Origin: Takakia lepidozioides
Taxonomy: Eukaryota; Plantae; Bryophyta
DNA length: 64,000 bases
NCBI GenBank assembly: GCA_030704615.1
Contig: CM060731.1
Location: forward strand, 77,252,001-77,316,000
Direction of reading: 5' to 3'
The translations under genes and the position numbers were made by a program. Under the pieces are notes generated by a model, which was given only the letters and a program-made list of their open reading frames with translations, had not been told where the DNA came from and did no database searches. Below are positions 30,734-44,858 of the stretch, one piece after another. Every line of letters starts with the position of its first letter. The stretch's first letter is position 1.

Positions 30734-32135
30734 GACGAACATCATGCATGAAAGAAGTACACCACTTTTAAGGACGAATTCTAATCTTTCTGCACTTGTT
30801 TATTTAGGTAAGTTGGAAAAGCCCAATCCTTTTACTTCACTTTCTGTGAGCTGCCCATGGTGGTGACCACAATTTAAGAACATTTGTTGAGCAGCTCCAG
30901 CCTGTCACTTGACACCTTATGGCATAGCTGTCAACAGCTTAGTCGAAGCAGTAGGCAAGAAAGAAACGTCTGGAAGTCACCGAGGTGGAAGTTTTGCACA
31001 ACTGAACAAGGAACTCCCAGACATTCCTAGGTATTCAGGGGTGATTTCCTTTCAAGTGACTGGGAACATCATGTTCCTCCATTCATTTATTCCTCCCATG
31101 CCCATGAACTACAGAGGCAATCTACAGAAAGTGAGAATATATGGCAAAGAAAGAAAGAACCTTATCATGGCTTCACCGATTTCAACTCTTGCAAGAGTAG
31201 ACGTCAGACTGCAGAGTAGAAACAGACCTTCCAGCCACACATACGTTTTCCTCCATCTTTCGGAAGGGGAAGATCAACCCAAGAACGCCATAACTACAGA
31301 TTCCATGAATGCTCATGGAAATTCGTTCTACCCCCCTCCTATCTGCTCGATTCAGACGTGCGTAGATTGCCAGATGGACCAATTCAAGATCACTTGTCTA
31401 AAGACAGATGCACAATTATTCCTGGTAGTGTGCTCGGCAAGGAAATGCGAATGAAGCCTAGGCTCATCGATCATTCTAGTTTCCGTTAAGTTGCACAAAC
31501 ACCAAAACTTCTTCGACATCCACTGATCGGTGTGTCGTGCAGTGTTCCAAATTCCAACCGTTCGACATCGCAATGGTCTGCGGGTTCCTTGTCGGTTGTG
31601 TCCCTGATCCGACGGATCGTTGCCATGGACGAACGGGCTGGAAGACCAAATTGCAATAGCGGCGGATGGAACGACCGGCAGAGCGCATTCACAAGAGAGT
31701 GACAATTACCTGCTCCTCCTATCGGAAGCTTGGATTAGAAGGTCAATGTGACAGAAAGAAGAAGAAAGGAAGTGTAACGTCATGAAGCAAGCCAACACAT
31801 GCTTCAATACGAGTCACGTCAGAATGCCATGAACAACCGCTTCGTGTTGCCATTGGCTGCATCGAACTTCACAATACCTTCGTGTAAGGTTGAATATAGG
31901 AACATCTTGAGGAAAGGTTTCGATTCTGGTGCTCACAAGGTGGATGTTGTTTCCGGTTCATTTGCTGATCGAATTGTGGATTCTTCAATAATAACAGGTT
32001 ATACTTTCATTCAGGCGAGTGAAGAGACTGTAGTATTATAAGTTACATCGAATACGGCCATGGCTATAAACATTTCAATTTTGTCGCACGCGTTCTGCAT
32101 TGGAAAAGAGGTTGTTCCTGGCCAAGTGTCTGTAG

Positions 32136-34165
32136 GTCTAACCGATCAGTTTCCTATTTCTGAAAGAGAAGATATGCAACCACGAACAATTGGCAGAGGG
32201 GAAAGTCCAGACTCTGCTGAAGACGGGGAGTGCTTGCCTTACTCTCAAAGAAAATCGAGACCATCACAGAGACGGAGAGCTCTGCGAATTACTTTTTCCG
32301 ATGGAGGAGACAAGGAGCCTGACTGTGAGAAGGCAGAGAAAGCACATACGTCATCTGAAAGAACCTGCAGCACAGAGAGAGGCGATAGACCTCCAATTCC
32401 CGAAAGGGTTCCCAGCAGGTCACCAACTCCTGAGAGAGAGAAATCTGAGGTAATGCCAACATAAAAGCAATGATTGTTTTTGCAGCTAATTGTCAGAGGG
32501 TGATGATCTGTTGATGTACTATTCAGACCAGCCACACAGTTCTAGTATTAGGGCTGGCCTGACACGCTCACAAAGAGCCAGAAACAGAAACCAAATTCTT
32601 TTTGCTTATACAAGACTTCCCAAGTGGTGATAGGTGCTAATGTGTGATATGCGCGAAGAGTGCGCCAAAACATTGGGACTTGAAAGAAATGAACTGGAGC
32701 TCTATGGTCTTTGTCATATCCCTCCAACAGTGGAAAAAGGGAGGCTCCTCAAAGACCAATCTGGAATGATGCACTTGGGAATTGTTGTCAAGAAATCTGG
32801 TAAGCAGAGATCCCTTAGAACCGCGACTAGCCCTAAGCATTTGTCCTTACGCACCCAATTACACCATATTATTGTACCAAGGAAAATCTCCAAGTTACTA
32901 TGAATGTCATGCCTCACTTGCACCATAGAATCAACCAGCTCTTAAACCTGGCCAGATATAGATGCAAGTTAGAATCTGTGACACCGGCCTGTCCTGTGAG
33001 AGGTGAGAAACTGTACCAAGAAGCTACAGATTTGATGAGTCGGGCAGAGTCTCAAGTGTGCTGATAGCAACATAACTAGGGCTTGATTTGGCTTTTCAAC
33101 AGACCTCAGTCTGCAAACCATTGAACAGCTTGTTGTGGACAAAGAGAAAGCAGAGCGAGCCTGTACGTTCAAAACTCACTGTAACTAGGGCCCCTTTTTC
33201 TCAGAGATGAGCTCACACTTGGTGTCTAGGCATCCAGCTTAGTCCATTTGCAGACTATTAGGATTTGCATTTCATGGTAGTAAAGCACGAAATCAAATTC
33301 TCCCAAGTTCTATAACTTTCAATTCTATGCCAAAGCACTATCAGCTGCCAACCCTGGGTCCTATTCTTCCAGACCTGCTTATAATATTGGTTGCTTTGGG
33401 GCGTATCCTGCATTCAGGAGATGCCCTTCTAACTTAATTGTCTTGCAGATAATGGGAAAGTGAAGGAATGTGATGCTTTGACCAAGAAATCTGACAGACT
33501 ACTGGAGGAAGTTGTATGTCTCAGGTATTCTAACCCCCTTCAAAATACTGGAATGCACTTTCCTTTGCATATCGTAATAAGGAGAGTGTTGCAAATACAA
33601 GAGCTGGCTTTGTTTCCTTTTAAACATATACAGCCCAAAACTGCACAATCAACTCCATGTGATGTGCAGGACTAAGTTGGAGCATGCAAATCGTCTCCGC
33701 AAGGCAAGTGAAAGGTCCACTGAGAAGCTCCGCACGGAATTCGATAAATTAATAAAGGTTTTCAGCCACACGTCCAGAAACCCTTAGCATGAGAGACTTG
33801 GAGGTTCTTAGAATTAGAGGGCAGATGTATAAGAAATGATGGCAAAGTGTGATGAATCTGCAATATTGGCTACTGCAGAAGGGTGCCCGGTCATGGGACC
33901 TTCCTGTGTGCTAACTTGTTATCAACAGACCAACAACTATGAACATACATGAAATGTATCATGGATTTACTGGTAGATCTGGTGGCACTCCAATACTGCC
34001 TGCTTGACTTAGTCTTAGGAGGCTGACGACACTACTAAACACTAAACAGCGAACACTCCTACTCAGCATGTTTCTCTTCTGGTTTGTGATGTAACTCTCT
34101 CGTGCATTGTATTGTTGCAGGATTTCTTTGCCGATAGTGATTCGTCCCCATTTGCAACGACGTAG
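32136..34165 (+). CDS. Uncharacterised multi-exon gene with a C-terminal coiled coil; 5' end uncertain
   Basis: A chain of open segments bounded by AG/GT: ...RSPTPEREKSE (ends ~32449), VLMCDMREECAKTLGLERNELELY, LSLQTIEQLVVDKEKAERA, KVKECDALTKKSDRLLEEVVCLR, TKLEHANRLRKASERSTEKLRTEFDKLIK, DFFADSDSSPFATT* (34121-34165). No family recognised. Confidence 0.55.
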
Positions 34166-35778
34166 TAGAGAAACGTTAAACACCGGGTGGACCTTCATAT
34201 TTGCAGCTTGCATCTGGTCAGGAATGAGCAGGAGAGTGGAAGCTAGCTAGATTTATATTTGCAGCTTCCAAAGTCGATTCACACATCAGATCGCAAAGAA
34301 CCCTTTGGACAACACCAGTTTCTTCTTAGGTGGCCGAATGACAATTGTCGTGGCAGGAATGGAATGTGCACCTTGTGTATCAAACCTGCATGACCTTTGT
34401 ATCCAAGATGGAAACATGATAAAACTACCGCCAATATCAACGGGTTGCAACTTGGTAGTTAGTCAGCATAACTTTCTCCACATACATATGTCATATATTG
34501 CAAAAAGAGGATGCATATACATTATGCCAGCCACCAGCACAGGAAGCTACCACATGCTAGGAACCAGTCAGCTTTGTCGCATCTCCACCTGAGGGGTGGA
34601 AGTAGAAGCTGAAACTGCAATACCATTCAAACACAACCCAAAGAGCTTCTGAAATGTGATGCATGCACTAGATAGAAGAGAATGGCTGTCTCAAGTGAAA
34701 TACTCGTAACTTGTTGTAGTACTGAACAACTTGGTCATTCAATGGATGTACTACTTCCAAGTTAGTTGGGGCTCTAAAAATGATCTGCTTGTTAAGACCT
34801 AGTTGCAGAGAGCAGTCACCCATGAGGACTTTCAAATCAGATCAACACAAACAAGGGTCTGCTCTTGACCCTATAGCAGGCACACCAGAAACTTTTGAGT
34901 ATCAAATATATAAACATCTACGAACAAAACTTCCGAAAGAAAAATGAAAAAAGGATCACCAACATTGACAGACACCACACTGGAAAGTAGGAAACTTAGT
35001 TCTCAGTGTTTTTAAGAGCTCTGATCAATGGAACCAAGCGGGTTCTCCACAGCTGCAAATTTCTATGAGAGTACCAATGGCCTTTATAAAACAGGTCTCT
35101 TTTCGAACTTCACCAACAGAAGACCATCAGCACTGGGACCCTGACATGTACACCTACCAAGCATGCCAAAAGTGACAAATGTGAAAAGCTTTCTACCTTT
35201 CAGTGAAAGATTGGAACTTGTAACAGCAAAAGTGATCAAATCTACCATGCAATAGAGTGACTAAAATTACACTGCACAGTAACACAGATTCACTCTCTAG
35301 TGAATGGGAAAAGGAGGGCAACTATCCACCTTGAGAGAGAATTTTCCACAAAGTAGGATTGCCTCCAGTGTCCAAACAGAGGTCTCCCTCTCTACCACTG
35401 CTCATGTTTTCAATGCTAGCCACCAACAGGCATAGTGAAAAGTAGGCCACCGTCTTTCGCGAAGGTATGGCTAGCCTAGAGGGAACTGTTGCAGCTAGCC
35501 AACTAATACAGCCTAGATAGAGTGCTACCCTGCTACAGACAACTGCTGCCCCAATAGCCTCAAAAACTTCCTTGTTTGCTTTCAGCTTACACCTCTGGCA
35601 CACCTCCCTTTCAACAGAATTTTTGGCAACGATTTTTGACAAAATGTACAAGGCAGGTGGCGGGCGGCTGGATCAAGCACTACACATCTCTGCCATATGT
35701 TGTTCAGAAGGACCCTGACCAGAACTGATCAACAAAATGGCGTGATTTTTCCGACAAAACTTGAAGAGATTGTGCCAG

Positions 35779-38700
35779 TCACCTCGACATGACCAGATTC
35801 GCAATAGGCATTGGTCCAAAGAGTACACCCCCAATGGGTGGCCCATGGATTGGTTTCAGGCTACTGTCGTGCCCTTGTCTCAACTTTTTCAGTTTTGAGG
35901 TCTCATCACTTTCTCCACTCCTCTCCCCCGATCGCCACCTCGGAAACTCCTCTGAGTCTTCACGCGATGCATTCTCTCCGTCGCTGATGGAGCCCTCTCG
36001 TTCTCGCATGCTGTCATTGCTGACCACTCTGTCTTCTTCCTTAGCTTGGTTCAGATTAGGTTGGCCGTGGTTGGCGCGGTGCTCTCCCCTTGCATTTAGA
36101 GGGTCACCCCCTGGTCGCATTCTCTTTCGAGCAGACTTCCACTTCAGCTCACTTGGAATTAAGTTACTGCCTGCATTGCTTAGGATAAGAGGAGACCCCA
36201 GACTTGTGAGGACATCACTAATGCCAAGCTCTTGTTGGGGGATGTCTGACTTTGTTCCTTCACATTCACTTTCTTGAGGGCCAGCCTCTTCCTTCTGAAA
36301 TTCCGCCTCACTAGCAGCACAGTTGGCAACAAAATGCAGCAAGTCTTCGGCCTCCTCTGACAGAGACTTGGCATTCCTCTCCTCAGACCCGGAGCTGTGA
36401 TCAGGACCGTGTGACTCCTTGCATCCTCCATCACTGCCCAACGAAGCACCATAACCAAAATGCGGCTGCTGCACATATCTGTCTTTTAAATTGGATGCAG
36501 AAAAAGATGGAGAATTCAATCGAACCGGAGATTGGAAAGCGTGCAAATTGTTCTGCCAAAAGACCTCTGAAGACTTTTTTTCGGCAGAGGGTGGCTGCCC
36601 ATAGATGGTGGCTGGAGAAGAAAGGCTGGCAGCAGTGGCTGCACTTGGGTTGGATTGGACATCAACCCACAATCCATTGACCCAGTCTTTTGAGATCCGC
36701 AAGTGGATGGATTGAAAAACTGCTGTATCACCCTCGCCTGCACACCGCACACAATGTCTCAATCATGGGTGGCCTTCGTTAGCAGGGCTTGCATTGACTA
36801 CCTACAGACTCCAACATCAAGCTAAACGGGTAGGCTGTAAACTCTAGCAGTCCAGCTTGCAAATGTGCATTAGGATACTCTACACTGTACCAGAATCCAA
36901 AATAAAACCTGGGCATGAATAACATACCACCGCAACCAGCTCAATGGCCACATAGATCAACAAATTAAAGGACGCGGTTGCGAAAGCAAATACCAATTCA
37001 AATACAACCAAATGGTCCAGAACGACCAGGAGTTCATACAAGCAGGGCGCCGATAATCGAGCACTATCAAAGTCCTGAAATTGGAGGATGACACCTGAAT
37101 CTAACAGCCCAAGAATATCCCACCCCAAGCAATACAAAGGTTGTTGATGCAAACATTCAAGGGAAGCTCATGTTGCGACAAAACTACACACAACTGAAGA
37201 GGTACCTGGAAAGTACACTTGCACCTCCTCCCCAGCTCCCTTGCTTACAACAATGCCCTCCCACCATCCATCATTCCACCAGGCGTCAACAGCTTGTCCG
37301 ATACAACAGTCAGGGGGGAGAGGACTCGGAAATGGAAAGGGCCGAACAGTGGTCCGACCCCTAATGCGAATTCCCAGTCTGTCAGGCGCTACTATTCTCC
37401 ATGCCATGACCCATTCCTGTAATCACATACTGATGGAAGTTAAAAGCTTTACAAAGTCACTTCCACACACATGACAACTTATCCAGTATGGTCTAACAGA
37501 CGATAGAATTGAACCAGCTACTAATGCACAAAACCCCTTCATGTGCTATACCACTCAGGGCTCCTGCTTTCCAAATGGAACTTAGGTAAGGACTCCACAA
37601 ACACACACCTCCAGGTTGCCACTGTCGTCCTCGTTCTGCAGCTCATCATAGCGAACTTGCAGGCGTCCTGCATCTCGCCTTAAAACAGTTCCTTTAAACC
37701 AACATCCCCGCAAGCCACTGTCCTGTGACAAAATTTCAATCTGATCCCCAGCTTGAAACATTGGTTGGCGCTCTTGGGCACCACCTCCATCTTCACGCTT
37801 GTCCCACCTTCCACTTGATGAGGGTTTTGTGTCTCCAGGAGATGAAACATTGCAAGCATCCCCCCCTGCTGCAGCAGCCCCATCGATGACAGAACGCCCA
37901 ACATCAGCAGCAAGGCCTGGAGAAGATACCCGAGTCGATGTATCCCCTGCACTTGCACCAAGCCTTCGATCAGCAAACCCCACCCGCCGCCGTGAGCTTC
38001 GGGCAGTGCGGGGACCTCGCCGGATCACATTTCCCAGCTCAAACTCTTCCTCCTCGTCCAACTCCAGGTCCTCACTCCCCGGTTCATATGAAGGAGAGCA
38101 ATCCCCTCCAGGTGGCGGCCCCAATCCAAACGATAACAAAATCTTCTGGTGCCAATAACCCTTCACCTCCTGAATGCTGAAAGACTTGATGCCCTCATTG
38201 TTGTCAAACTGTCGTGAACACACATGAACCAATACAGCAGCATTGGCAGGCAACATAGCCATGCACTTCTCAAAGTGCTCGGGGCTCAGGACAGTGGCCA
38301 GCCCATCCACACACTCCACACTCAAGACCTGGGGAAAGGAGGTAAAAAACACTTCATTGAGATGGGGAGCAGGTGGTGGGATTTTGCATGCTAGCTCATT
38401 GGTTTTGTGGAACCACCGCACTCGGAGCTTTTTTCGCATCTTCTTGTCCTCATACATGTCCTCGACATATGCAATGTGCCGTTCCTTCTCTTCTGTCATC
38501 ACATAGACAAAATCCTGGACCTGCAACCAAATCAGGTGCCAATGACGTTATTATAGAATGATGTCAATGACAAGTTTCGGATCATTCAACAACCCAATAA
38601 ATTACAGGTTTGCAAAATGCCAATAGAAAGATACTCTCACAGGGAGGCCCCAACATCTCCTACCCCATCACATGAGGTCGACCAACACTACCCGAAACGC

Positions 38701-40306
38701 TACAACCATCATCTGCCAAAGCATGTCGAGATACAGAGGTTTTACCAAGATTATAGAGCCATTGCGTGAGTAACTGCAGCACAAAGATTTATCAAATGAA
38801 GGTCATACCCTGACACCCATTTCCATCAACTGCAAGAACCCTAAATACAACTGCCAGAAGGGAGAGAGAGACATGCATACCGAAATTGTGATACCATTCC
38901 GGAGGAATGAGTGGAAGTGTCGAAGCCTTTTGCGACAGCTCCATGTGTTGCCTACCCACACGACATCCCCCTTCGCACCTGCCACCTGCTTCTTCACATC
39001 ACGCTCCTATGGCAACCCACCACAACAAGATTGTGAGATTTAAAACTCAACCCTTCTCAGCATTTGTTGCATTGAGCAGTCCAACTTGAAAGATAATCAG
39101 AAGACACAATTAGGTGTAGCTTCATCACCGCAGAACATTGGATCTGCAGAAGAAAGATAATCCCATAACATCTTAAAATAGCTGTGTAAGGAAAAATACT
39201 AAAGAAAAACTCAGATGCTCTTAGGATCCTCTTTGGATCACAAAGAACGCAAAAAGGAAGGTGTATCACCTGGTCCAATTCTAGAGAAGAAGACCAAAAC
39301 CACAAAGCCTACTTGGCAGGGAAGGGGAGTAACATACATGTCGTTGCCAGTTTCTGTCCTCTTGACCGCTCTCCTGAGCTTCCCCATTCTCTTCCTCCTT
39401 GCCAGTACCAAACTCGGGTGATTCTGGCACCTCCTGCTTTGGCGAGCCTGTCACACGATTGCAGATCGAAGTTTAAACAACAGCTGGCTGCCAACTCTCT
39501 GAACAGTAAGGCCAGACCTCAAGTATGAACTGGTAAACCTGCACGCCAGGTTTCCTTCATACTACTAAGCTGGTCCGACAGACCATGACACAAGTTTGAA
39601 AGGCCATTGATCAACTCAACATGCCAAGGCCAGAAAACCTTTGGACACCTTCCAAACGGAAGGAAGCAGTCCTTCACTATTGCGACTTGCATGTGTCACT
39701 CCCTTTATCAAAGGGTCTGTGCAGAGATTAGTAAGGGAAACCACATCGACAGGGTGTTCATCCTACCATGTATGTTATTCAAAAACAAAAATCCATGCTA
39801 CAACCCCCTCCACAATCGTCTACGAAGATCTACACCAAAAAGCAACTGCCATGCACCGAAACTGGTAAGCGAACCAGAAGCAAATCCAACAGAACCGGAA
39901 AACCCAGCGTTCATAAGCATCTCTGTTTGCCCGTGAATGCCAGCTTCGATAGAAGCCTTGTGAAACTACCCCGTTGGAAATAATGTTTGCAGCTACCTGA
40001 AACATGATTTGGCTCAGAAGACGATGGGCGAGTCTTTGTAAGCAGCGAAGATAGCCAGTCTACAACTTCCCTCCGTGCTCGCCATTTGAATGCGGAGGTC
40101 ATTGATCTGTCCAACCCGGCCAGAGGAAGAAAATCATCGCAGACCACATATACCATATGACGAAGGCTGCGCTCGGTCCCAACCACTGCCAAGCAATGCT
40201 GGCCATGGCGGTCCTTCAGATAGTAGTGAACTACACGGCTCCCCCGATCATGAGACACAAACTGCTCTTCCCAATCAACAAATCGCCTGAGGTTCTGAGA
40301 TGCCAT
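35779..40306 (-). CDS. Agenet/Tudor plus BAH domain chromatin protein (At1g68580/At5g55600-like), multi-exon
   Basis: N-terminal FVDWEEQFVSHDRGSRVVHYYL...AVVGTERSLRHMVY, WSCRKRLRHFHSFLRNGITIS, BAH (VQDFVYVMTEE..IAYVEDMYED..VRWFH, LSVECVDGLATVL), Agenet EILSQDSGLRGCWF, PDRLGIR..GR..VRP and AVDAWWNDGWWEG. Confidence 0.9.
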
Positions 40307-42423
40307 GAAAGGTGTTGTACACCAAGCGGGCCAGTGACCACTGCATCCGCCCTGCACTCATGTGCTAGAAAGGCAGGCTGCTACTGCACAGTCAAGGCCA
40401 TGCAACATACTCGAGGCCAACAACGGCCGTAAAAGTTGCCGAAATACCCTTCGTCCACAGAGCCACGTGAAAACGATGACAGTCACAAAAGCTTGGATGG
40501 GAGGGTTGTCCTTCCCATTAGCGGAGTTTGTTCGTAAGGGTTTGAAAAAGCCCCGATGCTCCACAGCCGATGAGGAAACCCTCCTCAAACAACCACCAAC
40601 TTTGGCAAATTTGTCTCCACCAGAACTAGGACACGGAACCTGGAGCACAAGGCTAATATGACTATTTACAAAGAGCGCACAAAGGAATGGCGGAGCAAAG
40701 ATCAGGAAGCGATACTGCGAATACTAACTGAGACAGGAAAAAGTACAAGAGGCAGAAGCGGATGGGCCACGGACCGGTTACAGCCCCTGGAAGCGGCTGC
40801 AAGACGAAGAATGGAAGAAAATGGGGAACGGCCTGGGAAAGACGACAGACTACATGCACCAGGGGGGCTAGGGCCCAAACTAAGGACTCTCCCAAGGGTA
40901 CGGTACAAAGGCGTTAAAGCACAAACATTGCTACAGAATAGAAAGCTTCCAAGGGAAAGGAGAAAGCGGAGACAGAAAGCCCGGAGACGGAAGGAACGAG
41001 GCGACCAACACCGACGAGGAACAAAAACGAGATGACAAGACAGCAACCAAGACAGAAATCAGGGCAGGCAACTCCACCATATCAACGACAAGAGAAACCA
41101 GGAAGGAAAAGGAATTGAGATAGAAGAGATATGAGAAAACAGCCCGGGGCCGGTGTGGGATAAGGCAAGGGGCACATGCCCCCAGCGGCGATAACTGCTA
41201 CAAAAAGATGCTCCGCTACTGTGACACCACAAATCACAGACAACAGGAAACGCCAAGACACACACCACAGCAAGATAGGGTCCCAGCCCTAGGCGGGGAG
41301 GGGGAGGACGAGAGGATGCGGCATAAAATGACGAAACTAGAAAGACATTTCATCAACGAGACCCGAAACATTCACACACAAGGCATGTCAATACACTCTC
41401 CATCATCACAACGCCACACCTACAGCGCAACACGGACACTAGAGAACGCAGCGATGCGAGGAAGGCAGAGCATACTCAGAAGAAGAACACGAAGAAGGCA
41501 AAGGGCAAGCAGCAGGCAGGCAGGTAGAGAGAGGCGCCTTCTACCTCGGTAATTTCCCACAATTACTTACCCCACCTTCACCCAGGGTAACGTTTTCAGA
41601 CGTGTGCAAAATGTGACGGGTGTTTTCCCACCGGCTGAACCGGTCTCTATTCGCTCCTTCCCGCTAACATCCGGTAGGAAGGGCTTACGTGTCGACACGT
41701 CCGTCTGCATGCCACCTATATATTTTGGTCATTTATTATTATTATTATTGCTGATATTGAATTCGGCAGATATTTGGGGGTAGCTACTGTATGGATAATT
41801 TCATCATCCTTGGACAACAAATACAAGACAAAATAATACACGCTACCTATAAATCTGGGATTGAAGGGAAAATGAACTCATTTGTTGGCGAGTTCAGTAA
41901 CACCAACGATGTTTGTCATCACGTTTTTCTTTCTGTGTCTCTTGTCTTACATGGCCACACCAGTTAAGGGCTACAGGGATTTGTACCCAGGACTAGTTCA
42001 ACGTTGAGGCGCATGTACGTAGGTAGGTCTGTAGGTAGGTGTATGAATACCCAATTAGGTAGGTAGATAACTACCTACCAACCTTCCTAAGAGACCGAAA
42101 TAAATGAATGTGGCAGTCAGAAATAAACGGATGAATATTGTCCAGACAAGAATGTGAAAATGGATGAATTATCTCTGAATGAAAAGGGACTTAATGGCAG
42201 GTACATTGCGTATGGTCCGTAGGCTAGGGCTAGGGTTTAAGGGGAAGATAATAGGAATAATGTAAGAACTTAAAGCGAGCGCGTCAGGACGGTCCAGCAG
42301 TGACACCCCGTACCGCCGGTTCTCCGCCTCCAGCAGCCGGCTGGGCTGAGTCAATCCCTCCCCACCCCGCTCTCATCCCGCGCGTCGTCGTTCTGCGACA
42401 CTAGTCCGTCGCTTCCACCACAC

Positions 42424-43473
42424 TAACCACCATGTAACCTATGTAACCCTCACCAGGTGTAACCCTATGTAACACCGCAGAGTGTCACCCCTACCCCTAT
42501 GTAACCCTCACTCCATGTAACCCTCTGTAAAACTTTGCAACCCATGTAATCCTCTGTGACCCTCTTAACCCATGTAACCCCATGACCCTCTGTAACCCTC
42601 ACTTGTAACCCCATGTATTCCTCACCACCATGTAACCCTCTGTAACCCATGAAACCCTTTGTAACACCGCAGAGTGTCACCCTCACCAGGTGTAACCCTC
42701 ACCACCATATAACCCTCTGTAACACCGCAGAGTGTCACCCTCACCCCTATGTAACCCTCACTCCATGTAACCCTCTGTGACCCTCAGTAACCCTCACCAG
42801 GTGTAACCCTCTGTAACACCGCAGAGTGTCACCCTCACCCCTATGTAACCCTCACTCCATGTAACCATCTGTAACCCATATAACCATCTGTAACCCATCT
42901 AACCCTCTGTAACACCGCAGAGTGTCACCCTCATCCCCATGTAACCGTCACTCCATGTAACCCTCTGTGACCCTCTGTAACCCTCACCAGGTGTAACCCT
43001 CACCACCATGTAACCCTCTGTAACACCGCAGAGTGTCACCCCCACCCCTATGTAACCCTCACTCCATGTAACCATCTGTAAAACTTTGCAATCCATGTAA
43101 TCCTCTGTGACCCTCTTAACCCATGTAACCCCATGACCCTTTGTAACCCTCACATGTAATCCCCTGTAACCCTCACCACCATGTAACCCTCTGTAACACC
43201 GCAGAGTGTCACCCTCACCCCCATGTATCCCTCTGTGACCCTCTGTAACCCATGTAACCCTCTGTAACACCGCAGAGTGTCAGCATCACTCCATGTAAAC
43301 CTCTATGACCCTCTGTAACCCATGTAACCCTCTGTAACCCGTGTATCCCTATGTAACACCGTAGAGTGTCACCCTCACCCCCATGTAACCCTCACTCCAT
43401 GTAACCCTCTGTGACCCTCTATAACCCTCACCACCATGTAACCCTCTGTAACACCGTAGAGTGTCACCCTCAC
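42424..43473 (-). repeat. Left subterminal modular array (TGTAACCC core), part 1
   Basis: Modules TGTAACCCTC, CCATGTAACCC, CACCAGGTGTAACCC and GTAACACCGCAGAGTGTCACCC; reverse complement of the right array. Confidence 0.95.
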
Positions 43474-44064
43474 TTGCAAAATGAATGGTAAGGGTTTAGG
43501 GATAAATGCTTAAGGGTCTTTTAGGGTAAAGGGTTTAATGTAAAGGATTTTACTAGGATAAAGGTTTACTAAGGTAGGGGTTTTGGTTTAAGTTAGAAAT
43601 GGACAAACAAACATGGAAGACCGTTTGTCGCTAGACACAGACTCGCTTAGAGGTCCAGAAAAATGATGAGAACATGAGAGGTATTAGTTAAGGAGTGGCA
43701 AATTGAAAAGTATGGCAATAATGATAGGGTAAGGGTCCTCTTAGTGGGATACCTCAATTGGAGACTTGGCTTGAGTCAAGTGCAAGCACTGAGAGACGGA
43801 CTGGAATTGGCGCAATAACGAGACATTGGAAAAGAAAGACTCCAGGGGTTGTGCCAGCATTTTTTTTTTTTGGTGCACTGTCTGTTTTGTAAGCCAGAAT
43901 CCCCCGCACGAATATTTGTAGATGAACAAAATGTACAGAAGTGCAGAGTCCAACACGTCAAAAAAAATAAAATGAACGTCCACTGCTCACTCGGCGGCGA
44001 GAATATTTCCCCAGTATTGGTCGTATTGTTCCATTACACCCCGGTAATGATCGTCAAGCAACAT

Positions 44065-44858
44065 TCATTTGGTCCAAAAATCTCTGTATTTCTTAATACC
44101 ATTTTTGATGAATGACTGTTTTTCGGAGGAGTCGTCCCCGACTCCCAATATCGGTCTTCTTGGAATGGCATCTGGATCTTTTTCAGGGAGATTTGGAGTC
44201 CTATCAGGGTTGGATTTCCACATCTTAACGCTGGAGTTTGTATGAAGCCACTCCGAATCAGTAGCTGACTTCTTGTACTTCAAAATGGGCCAGCCATCCG
44301 CTTCCTTAAAAAACCGAAAGACATGCATATCTGAGATCCCGACCAAAGCCTCATTTCCATCAAGAATACAACACTTAACAAACTTCTTGAAGTTGGGAAC
44401 CTCCTGAATAATTAGAGGAATGAATTGCATATCTTGGGAGATCATGAATGACCTCATCAAATCCAATGTAGGTACTGCGTTCTTTTAGCTTCTTCGAGAG
44501 ATAACTAAAGAATCCGTCAATATCCTCATGCGTGTGCCCGACCATGAGAAAACCAAGTTGGATCTCTTCAAAGACATCTTTGGCAGTAAGGAGGGATAGA
44601 AAAGCAAGCATCCATCTGTTCTTATTGTCCTTGGAAGAGTTGTCCAGCAAATAAAGTCGTCTAGGAAGTGGTCGAGCACCATGTTTATCTTGCGGCCTGC
44701 AAGGTTTCAGAGCCTCCAAACATCTCGATTTACCTCTCATGAGCGTTTCAAAAAAATCATTTTGAACTTCAGTGTCGAAAATATTCCTGGATTCCCGGCA
44801 TGTCGACTTTTCCAGTTGGCGCAGGCACCGAGCCAGCGACCCAATTGTGAAGTTTGAG
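44065..44858 (-). pseudogene. Captured fragment of a Sola-like (DUF7869-type) DDE transposase, frameshifted
   Basis: SNFTIGSLARCL...RPLPRRLYLLDNSSKDNKNRWMLAFLSLL...FEEIQLGFLMVGHTHEDIDGFFSYLS. The coding frame starts exactly at the array junction, with a frameshift near 44465. Confidence 0.75.

Noticed and set aside
35789-36277. Long antisense ORFs over real genes (also 30250-30681, 50344-50919, 18055-18405)
   Set aside because: They are shadow frames of genuine coding or repeat sequence with no independent motifs.
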